Position numbers and translations under genes: made by a program. Positions 9,404-18,118 of a stretch of 54,604 bases of DNA are shown here, in pieces. Location: NCBI GenBank assembly GCA_026989215.1, contig JALSJV010000242.1, positions 1 to 54,604 on the forward strand, in the 5' to 3' direction. The DNA comes from Acidimicrobiia bacterium (lineage in GTDB: Bacteria; Actinomycetota; Acidimicrobiia; Spongiisociales; ZC4RG35). Each line of letters starts with the position of its first letter. Within the stretch, counting starts at the first letter, position 1. The notes under the pieces are model-generated. The model was not told the origin of the DNA, did no database searches, and saw only the letters and a program-made list of their open reading frames with translations.

Positions 9404-10338
9404 AGCAGCTCCAGATCGCTCACCGAGAGGTCCCAGTTCCCGAGGTCGAACACGTCGACCGGCAGCGTCCGCAGCGGCCGGGCCACGAGGGTGAGCGTAC
9501 GCAACCCCGGAACCGAAGCGTACAGGGCCCGGCGGGCGAGACGCCGTTCGGGAGCCGACGGTGAGAACCAGGTGGCCACATACCGGGAGGTGCTCCGTCT
9601 CGCCACCTCGCGGAACAGGCCGGGGTCGACGTCTCCCAGCACCTCCGACAGGACCAGCTCCCTTCTGCCGCGTCGCACGTTCGCCCGGACGATGCCGGCA
9701 CCGCCACCTCGGCGGACGGCGGCGTATCGGGCGGTCGGATGGCGCTCGAACCTCCATCGGAGGTACTCCTCCCGTCGGGGGGTACGCAGGGCCACCGCCG
9801 CCCGTGGCGTGGGATATGGCTCGAGGGGATCGGTCGCGGCCACGTGATCTGTGAGCCGGGGAAGGTCATCGGGCTCGATCGGAGCGACCGGGCCGACCCG
9901 GGGTCGGACGATCACGCCGAGATCGCCGACGCGGCGCCATCCCATCTTCAGGTATCCGGCTCCCGACGTGGCGTTGGGGGTGTTGAAGATGAGGTCGACG
10001 CCCTCGGTCTGTGCCATCTCGACGGCGGTCTCGGTCAAACGCCGGAAGATCCCCCGTCGGAGGTGGTCGGGATGGGTGGCGGTGTCGACCGCCCGAACGC
10101 ACCGGAGGACCTGCCCGTCGGGGAGCTCCAGCTCCCAACGCATGAACGCTCGAACCCCGACCACCCGTTCGGCGTGCTCGGCGACGAGGACCAGGGAGGT
10201 CCCGAAGGGGTTCTCCAGGTGTTTCCAGTTCCAGAGCGCCGGCGTGCGACGGAGGAGGGGGGTCTCGCCCAGGGCGGCTCTGAGGACGTCCAGGATCTGG
10301 GGGAGGTCGTCGGGTCGTGCCGGCCGGATGGCGATCAT
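9400..10338 (-). CDS. GNAT family N-acetyltransferase with C-terminal extension
   Basis: Start at MIAIRPARPDDLPQILDVL (ATG 10338, ATGA overlap with the upstream GT4 stop). Acetyl-CoA motif ..RRGIFRRLTETAV... The track's 648-aa version is an artefactual upstream extension. Confidence 0.8.
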   Translation of the reverse strand: MIAIRPARPDDLPQILDVLRAALGETPLLRRTPALWNWKHLENPFGTSLVLVAEHAERVVGVRAFMRWELELPDGQVLRCVRAVDTATHPDHLRRGIFRRLTETAVEMAQTEGVDLIFNTPNATSGAGYLKMGWRRVGDLGVIVRPRVGPVAPIEPDDLPRLTDHVAATDPLEPYPTPRAAVALRTPRREEYLRWRFERHPTARYAAVRRGGGAGIVRANVRRGRRELVLSEVLGDVDPGLFREVARRSTSRYVATWFSPSAPERRLARRALYASVPGLRTLTLVARPLRTLPVDVFDLGNWDLSVSDLELL

Positions 10339-11441
10339 GTCCGAAGGAGGCGTCGGTACACCTGCTCGTAGGCGTCCACCATCGTCTGGAGCCCGAACTC
10401 CGCCTCGACGAGCGCTCGTCCGGCCTTCCCCAACCGTGCCGCCCATTCGGTGTCGGCGAGGAGCCGCTCGATGGCCTCGGCGAGTGCCCGGGGATCCCCC
10501 GGGGGTACCAGGAGTCCGGTCTCTCCGTCGACCACGACGCTGGGCACCCCCCCGACCGCGGTGGCCGCCACCGGGCGCCCGAGGGCGAGGGCCTCGAGGA
10601 TCGCCACCGGGAGCCCTTCCACGTCGGCCGGGCTCACCACCACGTCGGCGGCGGCGATGAAGGCCCGGGCGTCGTCGCGCCGCCCGAGGAGGCGGAGGCG
10701 ATGGTCGAGTCCTCGCCGGGTCACCTCGGCTCGGAGTCGATCGAGGTCCCCCCGGTGTTTCTCGCCGCCGATCGAGACGAGTTTCGCGGTCGACCCGCTC
10801 CGATCGAGCTCGGCCGCGGTCTCGACGAGGGTTCGATGACCCTTGTGGGGTCGGAGGTTGCCGACGTGGATGACGAGTCGGTCTCCCGGTTCCAGGTCCA
10901 GTTCGCGCCGTGCCGCGGCCGCGTCGTGGACGTCCACCTCGCAGAGGACCCCGTTGGGGATCACCTCCACCGGTGGTCCCGGAAACCCCTCGAGGGAGGT
11001 GGCGACGGCCTCGGAGACGGCGATCACGGCGGCGTTCGACCGGTAGGTCACACGGTTGGCGAGGCGCACCAGGGGGCGATACGAGTCGGCCAGGTTGTGC
11101 TCGGTGTACACGACCGGAACCGGGGAGACGAGGCGGGCCACGGTACCGGCGATCGGGAGATGGGCGTGGACGAGGTCCGGCTTCCAGGTGCGGATCAACC
11201 GGCGGAGGCGGAGAGCCACCCGGGGGTCGGCCGCCGTGCCTCCCAGGCAGTCGACCTCGATCCCGCAGGACCGTAGGTCGTCGGCGAGCTGGTCCTTCCA
11301 CGGCAGCATGTAGGCGACCCGATAGGTGAACGACGACTCCGCCCACAGGGGTGCCGAGGTGGCGAGGAGTTTCTCGGCACCGCCGAGCCCGAGCCCGTAG
11401 ACGAGGACGAGGATTCGGCCTTCAGCCTCCGGCGAGTTCAT
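10335..11441 (-). CDS. GT4 glycosyltransferase
   Basis: 368 aa with ..ILVLVYGLGLGGAEKLL.. and ..SPADVEGLPVAILEALALGRPVAATAVGG... Confidence 0.9.
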   Translation of the reverse strand: MNSPEAEGRILVLVYGLGLGGAEKLLATSAPLWAESSFTYRVAYMLPWKDQLADDLRSCGIEVDCLGGTAADPRVALRLRRLIRTWKPDLVHAHLPIAGTVARLVSPVPVVYTEHNLADSYRPLVRLANRVTYRSNAAVIAVSEAVATSLEGFPGPPVEVIPNGVLCEVDVHDAAAARRELDLEPGDRLVIHVGNLRPHKGHRTLVETAAELDRSGSTAKLVSIGGEKHRGDLDRLRAEVTRRGLDHRLRLLGRRDDARAFIAAADVVVSPADVEGLPVAILEALALGRPVAATAVGGVPSVVVDGETGLLVPPGDPRALAEAIERLLADTEWAARLGKAGRALVEAEFGLQTMVDAYEQVYRRLLRT

Positions 11442-12306
11442 GGTCGATCAGATCGGCGAGCCCCTCTTCGAAGGGGACCTCCGCCCGCCATCCGAGCACC
11501 TCGGCGATCCGGTCCGCCGAGACGGTCGCCGGGGGCACGTCTCCGGGTCGCGGCGGACCGAAGGTGAGCTCGGTGGGGAACCGCTCGACGATCATCTCCG
11601 CCAGCTCGCGAATCGTCACCATGCGTTCGGCCACCGTGTTGAGGGCGATCCCCGAGGCGTCCGAACGGAGGGCGGCGTCGAAGGCGCGGGCGATGTCGAG
11701 ACTGTGGGTGAACTGTCGACCCTGGGTGCCGTCGCCCTGGATGGTGATCGGCTCTCCACGGCGGGCCCGGTCGATGAAGATCCGGAAGACCGAGTTCGGT
11801 CGCAGGCCGGGTCCGTACGCGGTACCGAGGCGCAGCGCGATCGCCGACAGACCCCGCAGGCGGGCGGCGGAGAGCAGGAGCGACTCCCCTGCGAGCTTGG
11901 TGATGTTGTACGGATGGTCGGGTGCGCAGGGGTGGCCCTCGTCGATGGGCTGGTACCGGGGTTCGCCGTACACCTCCCAGGTGGAGGCGTAGACGACCCG
12001 GGCTCCATGACGGACGGCCGCCTCGGCGACGTTGGCCGTCCCCAGCACGTTGACCGCCGCCGCCAGTCCGGGATCCTCCCCGGCGAGGTAGACGTCGCCG
12101 ATCGCCCCGATGTGACAGATCGCGTCGCGGCCTTCGACGGCCTGCGACACCTGATCGAGGTCGGTCAGGTCGCCGATCCGCATCTTCAGGCCGTCGATCC
12201 CCGGATCTTTCAGATCGAAGCCGACGACGTCATGTCCTTGCTGTGTGAGATGGGTGGCGACCGTTCTCCCCAGAAAACCGGCGGCCCCCGTGACGAGCAC
12301 CCTCAT
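11422..12306 (-). CDS. NAD-dependent epimerase/dehydratase (extended SDR)
   Basis: Start at MRVLVTGAAGFLG (ATG 12306). Catalytic YNITK, ..ASTWEVYG... Confidence 0.88.
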   Translation of the reverse strand: MRVLVTGAAGFLGRTVATHLTQQGHDVVGFDLKDPGIDGLKMRIGDLTDLDQVSQAVEGRDAICHIGAIGDVYLAGEDPGLAAAVNVLGTANVAEAAVRHGARVVYASTWEVYGEPRYQPIDEGHPCAPDHPYNITKLAGESLLLSAARLRGLSAIALRLGTAYGPGLRPNSVFRIFIDRARRGEPITIQGDGTQGRQFTHSLDIARAFDAALRSDASGIALNTVAERMVTIRELAEMIVERFPTELTFGPPRPGDVPPATVSADRIAEVLGWRAEVPFEEGLADLIDHELAGG

Positions 12307-12438
12307 GTCTCTCCGAACCTCCCTGGCTCGCACCGAGTCGTGGTGTGGTGTCGAGCCGACGCCGGTGTGGCGTCGCCCCACGATCAGGCTAGACGCTGCG
12401 TCGGATCGCGGGAAGCGGGAACTTCGGATCCGGGCCGA

Positions 12439-12505
12439 CAATGGGTCTCCGGACCCATCAATGGGCCCTCCGACCTATGTGCTCGAATCGGGAGCCGAGT
12501 AGGAT
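12439..12505 (+). promoter_or_regulatory. two tandem copies of a conserved 20-bp element followed by a TAGGAT -10-like hexamer (promoter region of the capD-like operon)
   Basis: CAATGGGTCtccgGACCCAT (12439-12458) and CAATGGGCCctccGACCTAT (12459-12478). TAGGAT at 12500-12505 lies 21 nt after the second copy. The same element recurs at 33007 and 46153. Confidence 0.5.
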
Positions 12506-12560
12506 GTGCCCGACTGGCCCCGAAGGGGCCACGTGGGGATGCGAGAGCTGGGAGGTTCTG

Positions 12561-14495
12561 GTGGGAGACACCGGATCTGATTTGGGGACAAGGGCTGGGC
12601 GATGGTGGAGGGATGTGGCACTCGCCGCATCCCGAGTCAGGGCCGACATCGCCTTCGCCATCGTCGATCTGGCCATCGTCGTCGGTGCCTACACGATGGC
12701 GCTGGGCCTGCGGATGCTGGACACGGGGATCACCGATCCCCTCACATGGTGGACCGGGCTCGCTCGGGCGCTGCCGATCCTGCTGGTCCTGCATCTGGGT
12801 GCCAACGTCGTCTTCGGTGCCTACGGCCACGTCTGGGAGTTCGCTTCGATCTCCGAGGCCAAACAGGTGATCGCCTCGAACGTCGCCGTCGGAGCGGCCG
12901 TCGGCGGCTGGGTGCTGTGGGTGGACCTGACGTCCGACGGTCTCGTTCCGATCCCGCTCTCGGTGGCGATCATCGGTCCGCTGTTGGCGCTGACGGGGAT
13001 GGGGCTGGTCCGGTTCCGCTCGCGGCTGTTCTCCTTCAAGCGGACGACCACCGGGGGGCGCCCGCTCCCCACCCTCGTCGTCGGTACCTGCAAGACGGCG
13101 GCGGACTTCGTCCGCGAGGTGACGAGCAACGGCGGGGAGCTCGACATCATCGGGTTCGTCTCCACCGGCGGCGGTGACCACGTCCGCAGGCTGGCTGGGC
13201 TTCCGATCCTCGGGGATCTCGACGACCTCCACGTCGTCATCGAGCGGTCCGGAGCCGAACAGGTCGTGGTCGTCGCCGACGACGACTTCCTGATCCGTCG
13301 GGTCGTCGACCTCTGCACCGACGTCGACGTGCGCCTTCGGATCCTGCCCGTCGCCCACCGGGTGATGGAGGGTTCGGCGGGAGCCGTGGACATTCGGGAC
13401 ATCGAGCTCACCGACCTTCTCCCGAGGGCGACGGTGAGCACCGACCTGGCCGCGGTGGCCGGGCTGCTCCGGGGCAAGCGCGTCCTCGTCACCGGGGCCG
13501 GTGGCTCGATCGGGTCCGAGATCGTCCGTCAGGTGCTGGGGTTCGAACCCGAGGTGGTGCTGGGGCTCGACAACGACGAGACCCACCTCCACGAGACGCA
13601 GCTCGCCTGCCCTCCCGGCGCCGACTTCGTCTCCATCCTCGCCGACGTACGGGACGGGGAGATGCTGATGCGGCGAGTCGTCCAGCACCGTCCCCAGGTG
13701 ATCTTCCACGCCGCCGCCTTGAAACACGTCCCGATCCTCGAGGGGTTTCCCGACGAGGCGGTGCTGACCAACGTGGTGGGGACCCGGAACATGATCGACC
13801 TGGCCTCTCGGGTGGGGGCCGAGCAGTTCGTGCTCATCTCGACCGACAAGGCGGTCGATCCGGTCTCGGTGATGGGGGCCACCAAACGGGTGGCGGAGAT
13901 GCTCATCCAGGCGGCGGATCTCCGCCGGGACGGCTGTACCTACACGGCGGTCCGGTTCGGCAACGTGCTCGGCAGCCGTGGCAGCGTGGTGCCGACGTTC
14001 GTCGAGCAGATCAAGAACGGTGGGCCGGTGACGCTCACCGACCCGAGTATGACCCGCTACTTCATGACGGTGGACGAGGCGGTGCAACTGGTGCTCCAGG
14101 CGGCCGCCCTCGCCCGGGGCGGTGAGGTGTTCGTGCTCGACATGGGCGAGCCGATCCGCATCGCCGATCTGGCTCGGCGCCTGATTCGTCTCGCCGGTCT
14201 GGTGCCCGGGCGGGACATCGAGGTGGTCGTGAGTGGTGTTCGGCCGGGGGAGAAGATGGTGGAGGTCCTCGCCGAAGGGGCCCTCGAGCCCTCGGCCCAC
14301 CCGAAGATCTCGATCGCTCGACCTCCGCGTCCCGGTCCCGTCACCCTCTTCGACGGGGTCGAGATGCTGGAACGAGCCGCTCGGAAGGGCGCGTTGGACG
14401 ACGTGGTCGGTATCCTGCAGAGCCTCGCCAGGCACACCGGTGCCGACGACGAGGTGATCGTCCTCGAACCCGAGGTTTCGACGGCTTGGACCTGA
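12561..14495 (+). CDS. membrane-anchored polysaccharide biosynthesis protein, CapD/PglF/WbpM-type nucleotide-sugar 4,6-dehydratase
   Basis: N-terminal TM helices, then ..VLVTGAGGSIGSEI.., ..FHAAALKHVP.., ..STDKAVDPVSVMGATKR... GTG 12561 is preceded by GGGAGG 5 nt upstream. The track's 12441 start lies upstream of the predicted -10. Confidence 0.88.
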   Translation: MGDTGSDLGTRAGRWWRDVALAASRVRADIAFAIVDLAIVVGAYTMALGLRMLDTGITDPLTWWTGLARALPILLVLHLGANVVFGAYGHVWEFASISEAKQVIASNVAVGAAVGGWVLWVDLTSDGLVPIPLSVAIIGPLLALTGMGLVRFRSRLFSFKRTTTGGRPLPTLVVGTCKTAADFVREVTSNGGELDIIGFVSTGGGDHVRRLAGLPILGDLDDLHVVIERSGAEQVVVVADDDFLIRRVVDLCTDVDVRLRILPVAHRVMEGSAGAVDIRDIELTDLLPRATVSTDLAAVAGLLRGKRVLVTGAGGSIGSEIVRQVLGFEPEVVLGLDNDETHLHETQLACPPGADFVSILADVRDGEMLMRRVVQHRPQVIFHAAALKHVPILEGFPDEAVLTNVVGTRNMIDLASRVGAEQFVLISTDKAVDPVSVMGATKRVAEMLIQAADLRRDGCTYTAVRFGNVLGSRGSVVPTFVEQIKNGGPVTLTDPSMTRYFMTVDEAVQLVLQAAALARGGEVFVLDMGEPIRIADLARRLIRLAGLVPGRDIEVVVSGVRPGEKMVEVLAEGALEPSAHPKISIARPPRPGPVTLFDGVEMLERAARKGALDDVVGILQSLARHTGADDEVIVLEPEVSTAWT

Positions 14496-17281
14496 ATCGC
14501 ACGCTTCGCGTCCTCCGGGCCCGCTGGCCCTGGGTGGTGGTCTTCGTCGTGCTCGGTTTCGCCGCCGGGGTGTTCGGCGTGACGAGGCGGAACGCCTCGA
14601 TCGAGCCGGTGATCCGAGCCGAGCTCCCGCTGACGATCGTGCCCAGCGTGGAGAGTGAGGACAACCCGTCGGGGGTGTCTCGGGATTTCGCCCAGGCCCA
14701 GCTCGACGAGGCCCTCACCTTCGCGGTCGAGGCGAACGCCGAGGTCCTCGCCGCCAACCCCGATTGGGAGATCCGCACCGACGTCGATCTCGGTCGCCTC
14801 GAGTTCGTCACCGTCGCCTCCTCCACCGCCGAGGCGGCGTCTCGGGCGGCGGAGATGCGCGACCGGTATCTGGAGCGACGGCCCTTGAGCCCGATCGACC
14901 GGATCGAGAGTCAGCTCGAGGACATCAACCGTCGTATGGCGGAGGTGAGGACGAGGATCGAGACCATCGAGCCGGCGGTGGCGGTCGATCCGAACGAGGA
15001 GCAGAGGGCGGAGCTGGAGGCCCTGCTCGCCTCGCTGCGAGAAGATGCCCTCGCCTACCAGAAGGAGCTCCTGTTGGGGAGTGACCGGCCCGAGGACGAG
15101 GTCCAGGCCGACCTGGAGCGGACGAACCTGGCCGTCGCCACGGTGAGCTCCGACCTGGCCCGCCTGGGACCTCCGCCCACGGTCTCCGAGTTCAGCGAGA
15201 GTCAGACCCTGCGCCGGGCCTTGGAGCGGGAGTACCAGGAGCTGGAGGACGCCTTCCAGGAGCTGTATCTGCGTCGGGCAGCCCTGCAGGCTCCCAGCGT
15301 CACCGACGTCGTCACCTTCACCGACGAGACCCCCCTTCCCGTCTCCCGGGCCGCCGGAGCGGGCATCGGGCTGCTCGTCGGTCTGGTCCTCGCCGTCGCC
15401 GGGCTGCTGGTCGGCGATCGGCTCTTCAAGCCGGTCTGGAGCGGGGCGGACCTGGCGCCGCTGCCGCTCCTGGGGGCCGTGCCCATCCGCAAGGCCACAC
15501 GGCGGAGCATCTGGTACGACGCCGAGGAAGGCGGACATCGGAAACGGGCCGTGCAGTCGCTGCGGGCGGGTCTCCAGGGACGGATCGGGGGACTGGGCGC
15601 GGCGGTGGCCGTCACCGGGTTCGGCACCCAGCCCGAGGACGTCCGGGCCCTCACGGCGGACCTGGCCGTCGCCTTCGCCCGGGCGGGCCATTCCGTTCTG
15701 TTGGTGGACGCCGACTTCGCCCATGAGACCGACATGGCCGAGTTCCGGGGGGACGTCGAGTTCGCCACCCTCCTCTCGATCCAGGAGGGCGACGACGCCG
15801 CCCTGGCGCAGACACTGGCGCAGGCCAGACCGGTCCGTCCGAACCTGGTCGCCGTCCGCGCCGGGTCTCCGCCGGAAGACCCCTCCGAGCTGCTGGCCCG
15901 GCCGATGCTCGCCGATCTGATCCGGGTGGCGTCGGCCCGGTTCGATCTGGTGCTGTTCGCCGCCAACGACCTCACCGAGGCCGCCGCCCAGGAGCTCGTC
16001 CAGCGGGTCGATTACGCCGTCGTCACCCTCGTCCCGGGGAGGGCTTCTCGAACCGAGCTGATCGACCGGGTGGCCGACCTCGAGGACCGCGGTGCCAAGA
16101 TTCTGGGTGCGGTGTTCATCGACCGACGAGGGGTGATGCCCACCACGGGGCTCGGACGGGGACGCCCGACGACCCCGATGACGGTGACCCGAGAGCCGGT
16201 CCCGGAACCGACCCGTCGGGAGCCGGCTCGGCCGCGGCGGGTCTCCACGTTCGAGCCCGCCCAGGCCGACCTGGGCACGCTGGTCGAGGCGGTGACCGAG
16301 CCCGACACCGAGGCGCCCCCGACGGCCGAGCCCGACACCGAGGCGGCGACGGTGGACGCCGTCGACGGGGCGTCGGAGATCGGCGGCGACGAGGCTCCGG
16401 AGGAGCGGGTCGTGGAGCTCGCCCTGGAGCCTCCCGCCGGGGGGGTCGTCGCCCCACCGGTCGGCCCGGGACCCGTCGACGAGTCGGTGGCGCTGGAGCT
16501 GGTGGAGCGGCTGGCGGTGGCCGACCCCGAACGGGCGTATCCGGCGGTCGCCAACTTTCTGGTCTCACGGGTGGAGAACCTGCTGATGACTCCACCGCTC
16601 GGGTCGGGCGGACCGGGTTTCACCCAGCTCCCCGACTTCATCCCCCTCGACGAGGCGCGCGGATACCGGACCGTGGGTTCCTATCTCCTCGCCGGGCTCC
16701 GGGCGGAGATCGGGAGCAAGGCCGCGGGGGAGTTGGAGCGCCACATCGCCCGGATCATCGGAGCCGCCGGCGGTGGCCAGGCCTCCACGATCGACGAATG
16801 GCTCGTCGCCAACTTCTTCCGAATCCACGTCGCCACGACCGAACGAGCGCCGGTGATCTGGCATCTGGCCAGCCAGCGGGGTGCCGTGAACGTGTTCGTG
16901 TACGCCCCCCGATTCGACCGGGAGGCCCTGGACCGGCTGGCGAGCGATTACGTCAAGGCGGTGATCGAGCGCCTCGACCGCAAGCAGCGGGCGGCGGCGA
17001 AGCGGAACCAGGCGGAGACGGCGGCTGCGCTGCAGGAACGGATCGAGGAGGTGAGGTACTTCGAGATCAGCCTTGGGTGGCTGTACGAGGGGACGATCGA
17101 CGGGGCTCGCATCTACTACCCGTGGCGGGCGAGCAGCGAACAGCCCCTCGGCTGGGATCCGGACTGGTCGGAGGGGATTCGTCCGAACCTGGCACCCGTC
17201 CAGCGGCTCGGACTCCTCGCCCAGCCCGTGCTCACCGACGAGGAGCTGGTCGCCCTCGGACCCCCGATGTCGCATCGCTGA
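14486..17281 (+). CDS. Wzz-type polysaccharide co-polymerase fused to a degenerate BY-kinase-like P-loop module and a large unassigned C-terminal domain
   Basis: TTG start overlapping the capD-like stop by 10 nt. TM1 (res 15-32), coiled-coil ectodomain, TM2 (res about 292-312). The ParA/MinD-like region (res about 365-550) keeps ..VLLVDADF.. but has TGFGTQPEDV where GxxGK[ST] is expected. An acidic/Pro linker is followed by a C-domain of about 270 aa. Confidence 0.8.
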   Translation: MDLNRTLRVLRARWPWVVVFVVLGFAAGVFGVTRRNASIEPVIRAELPLTIVPSVESEDNPSGVSRDFAQAQLDEALTFAVEANAEVLAANPDWEIRTDVDLGRLEFVTVASSTAEAASRAAEMRDRYLERRPLSPIDRIESQLEDINRRMAEVRTRIETIEPAVAVDPNEEQRAELEALLASLREDALAYQKELLLGSDRPEDEVQADLERTNLAVATVSSDLARLGPPPTVSEFSESQTLRRALEREYQELEDAFQELYLRRAALQAPSVTDVVTFTDETPLPVSRAAGAGIGLLVGLVLAVAGLLVGDRLFKPVWSGADLAPLPLLGAVPIRKATRRSIWYDAEEGGHRKRAVQSLRAGLQGRIGGLGAAVAVTGFGTQPEDVRALTADLAVAFARAGHSVLLVDADFAHETDMAEFRGDVEFATLLSIQEGDDAALAQTLAQARPVRPNLVAVRAGSPPEDPSELLARPMLADLIRVASARFDLVLFAANDLTEAAAQELVQRVDYAVVTLVPGRASRTELIDRVADLEDRGAKILGAVFIDRRGVMPTTGLGRGRPTTPMTVTREPVPEPTRREPARPRRVSTFEPAQADLGTLVEAVTEPDTEAPPTAEPDTEAATVDAVDGASEIGGDEAPEERVVELALEPPAGGVVAPPVGPGPVDESVALELVERLAVADPERAYPAVANFLVSRVENLLMTPPLGSGGPGFTQLPDFIPLDEARGYRTVGSYLLAGLRAEIGSKAAGELERHIARIIGAAGGGQASTIDEWLVANFFRIHVATTERAPVIWHLASQRGAVNVFVYAPRFDREALDRLASDYVKAVIERLDRKQRAAAKRNQAETAAALQERIEEVRYFEISLGWLYEGTIDGARIYYPWRASSEQPLGWDPDWSEGIRPNLAPVQRLGLLAQPVLTDEELVALGPPMSHR

Positions 17282-17285
17282 GGGT

Positions 17286-18074
17286 ATGGCCTACCTCTCT
17301 CGCCGCCTCCTCAAGCTGGCCGCGGCCGCACTCGACCCGTTCCTGTCGTCGGTGGAGGGACCCCGCATCCTCATCTACCACCAGGTCGGTGGTGGATCGG
17401 GGCGGCAGATGGACCTCGATCCGGGTGTGTTCCGGGCCCAACTCGTGTGGCTCGTCGAGCATGCGCGGGTGATCGGATACGAGGAGGCCGTGGCGGGAGC
17501 GGGCGGAGAATCCCTGGAGGTGGTGCTCACCTTCGACGACGGGTACGCCGACGTCTACGAGCACGCCTTCCCTCTGCTTCGGGATCTGGGGCTGCCCTTC
17601 ACCCTGTTCCTCACCACCCATCCGATCGAGACCGCCACCCCGCTGTATCGGGACGACCGGTCGACGCCGCTGAGCTGGTCTCAGGTGGAGGAGATGATGG
17701 CGTCGGGGCTCGTCACCATCGGAGGGCACACGCACCGCCATCCCGACCTGCGGAACCTGACGGCCGATGCCGTCGAGTCCGAACTCGCCGAGGCCGACGA
17801 GGTGATCGAGCGTCGTCTCGGGTTCCGGCCGCGCCATTTCGCCTACCCGTGGGGCTACTGGTCGGAGGAGGCGGATCGGGTCGTCCGACGGCGATACGAG
17901 ACGGCGGTGCTGGGACGTCCTGGTCCGCTCCGGGACGACACCGACCGACACCTGGTCCCCCGGATCCCGGTCCAGGCCGCCGACGGTACGGCCTTTTTCG
18001 GCCCCCGGGTTCGCGGCGGACTCACCCTGGAGGATCGAGTCCGGTCGCGGGTGACGGGCTACCGGGGACCGTGA
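17286..18074 (+). CDS. polysaccharide deacetylase (CE4)
   Basis: Start at MAYLSRRLL (ATG 17286). ..LTFDDGYADVYEHAFPLL.. and ..GGHTHRHPDL... Confidence 0.88.
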   Translation: MAYLSRRLLKLAAAALDPFLSSVEGPRILIYHQVGGGSGRQMDLDPGVFRAQLVWLVEHARVIGYEEAVAGAGGESLEVVLTFDDGYADVYEHAFPLLRDLGLPFTLFLTTHPIETATPLYRDDRSTPLSWSQVEEMMASGLVTIGGHTHRHPDLRNLTADAVESELAEADEVIERRLGFRPRHFAYPWGYWSEEADRVVRRRYETAVLGRPGPLRDDTDRHLVPRIPVQAADGTAFFGPRVRGGLTLEDRVRSRVTGYRGP

Positions 18075-18089
18075 GCGAGGATGGCCGAC

Positions 18090-18118
18090 TTGGTGGTGGT
18101 GCCCTTCGGTCGGATAAT
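18090..18118 (+). promoter_or_regulatory. candidate sigma-70-type promoter (TTGGTG - 17 nt - GATAAT)
   Basis: This is the only AT-rich hexamer in the 205-nt gap between the deacetylase and GT4 genes. It would give a leader of about 155 nt before ATG 18280. Confidence 0.3.

Noticed and set aside
9400-11346. Very long N-terminal extensions in the ORF track (also 36019-38247, 37254-38612, 40229-41794, 8057-9757, 2517-3521)
   Set aside because: The extensions are low-complexity and would overlap the upstream gene by hundreds of nt. In every case an internal ATG or GTG sits in an ATGA/GTGA-type overlap with the upstream stop and coincides with the start of the recognisable domain.
12384-14435. 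683-aa minus-strand ORF opposite the capD-like gene. The same type also occurs at 14057-15724, 23242-25086, 30899-32947 and 35339-37162.
   Set aside because: All are antisense to genes with clear family motifs and have skewed R/P/G/D/H composition. The one at 30899-32947 looks internally repetitive only because the sense-strand propeller gene is repetitive.
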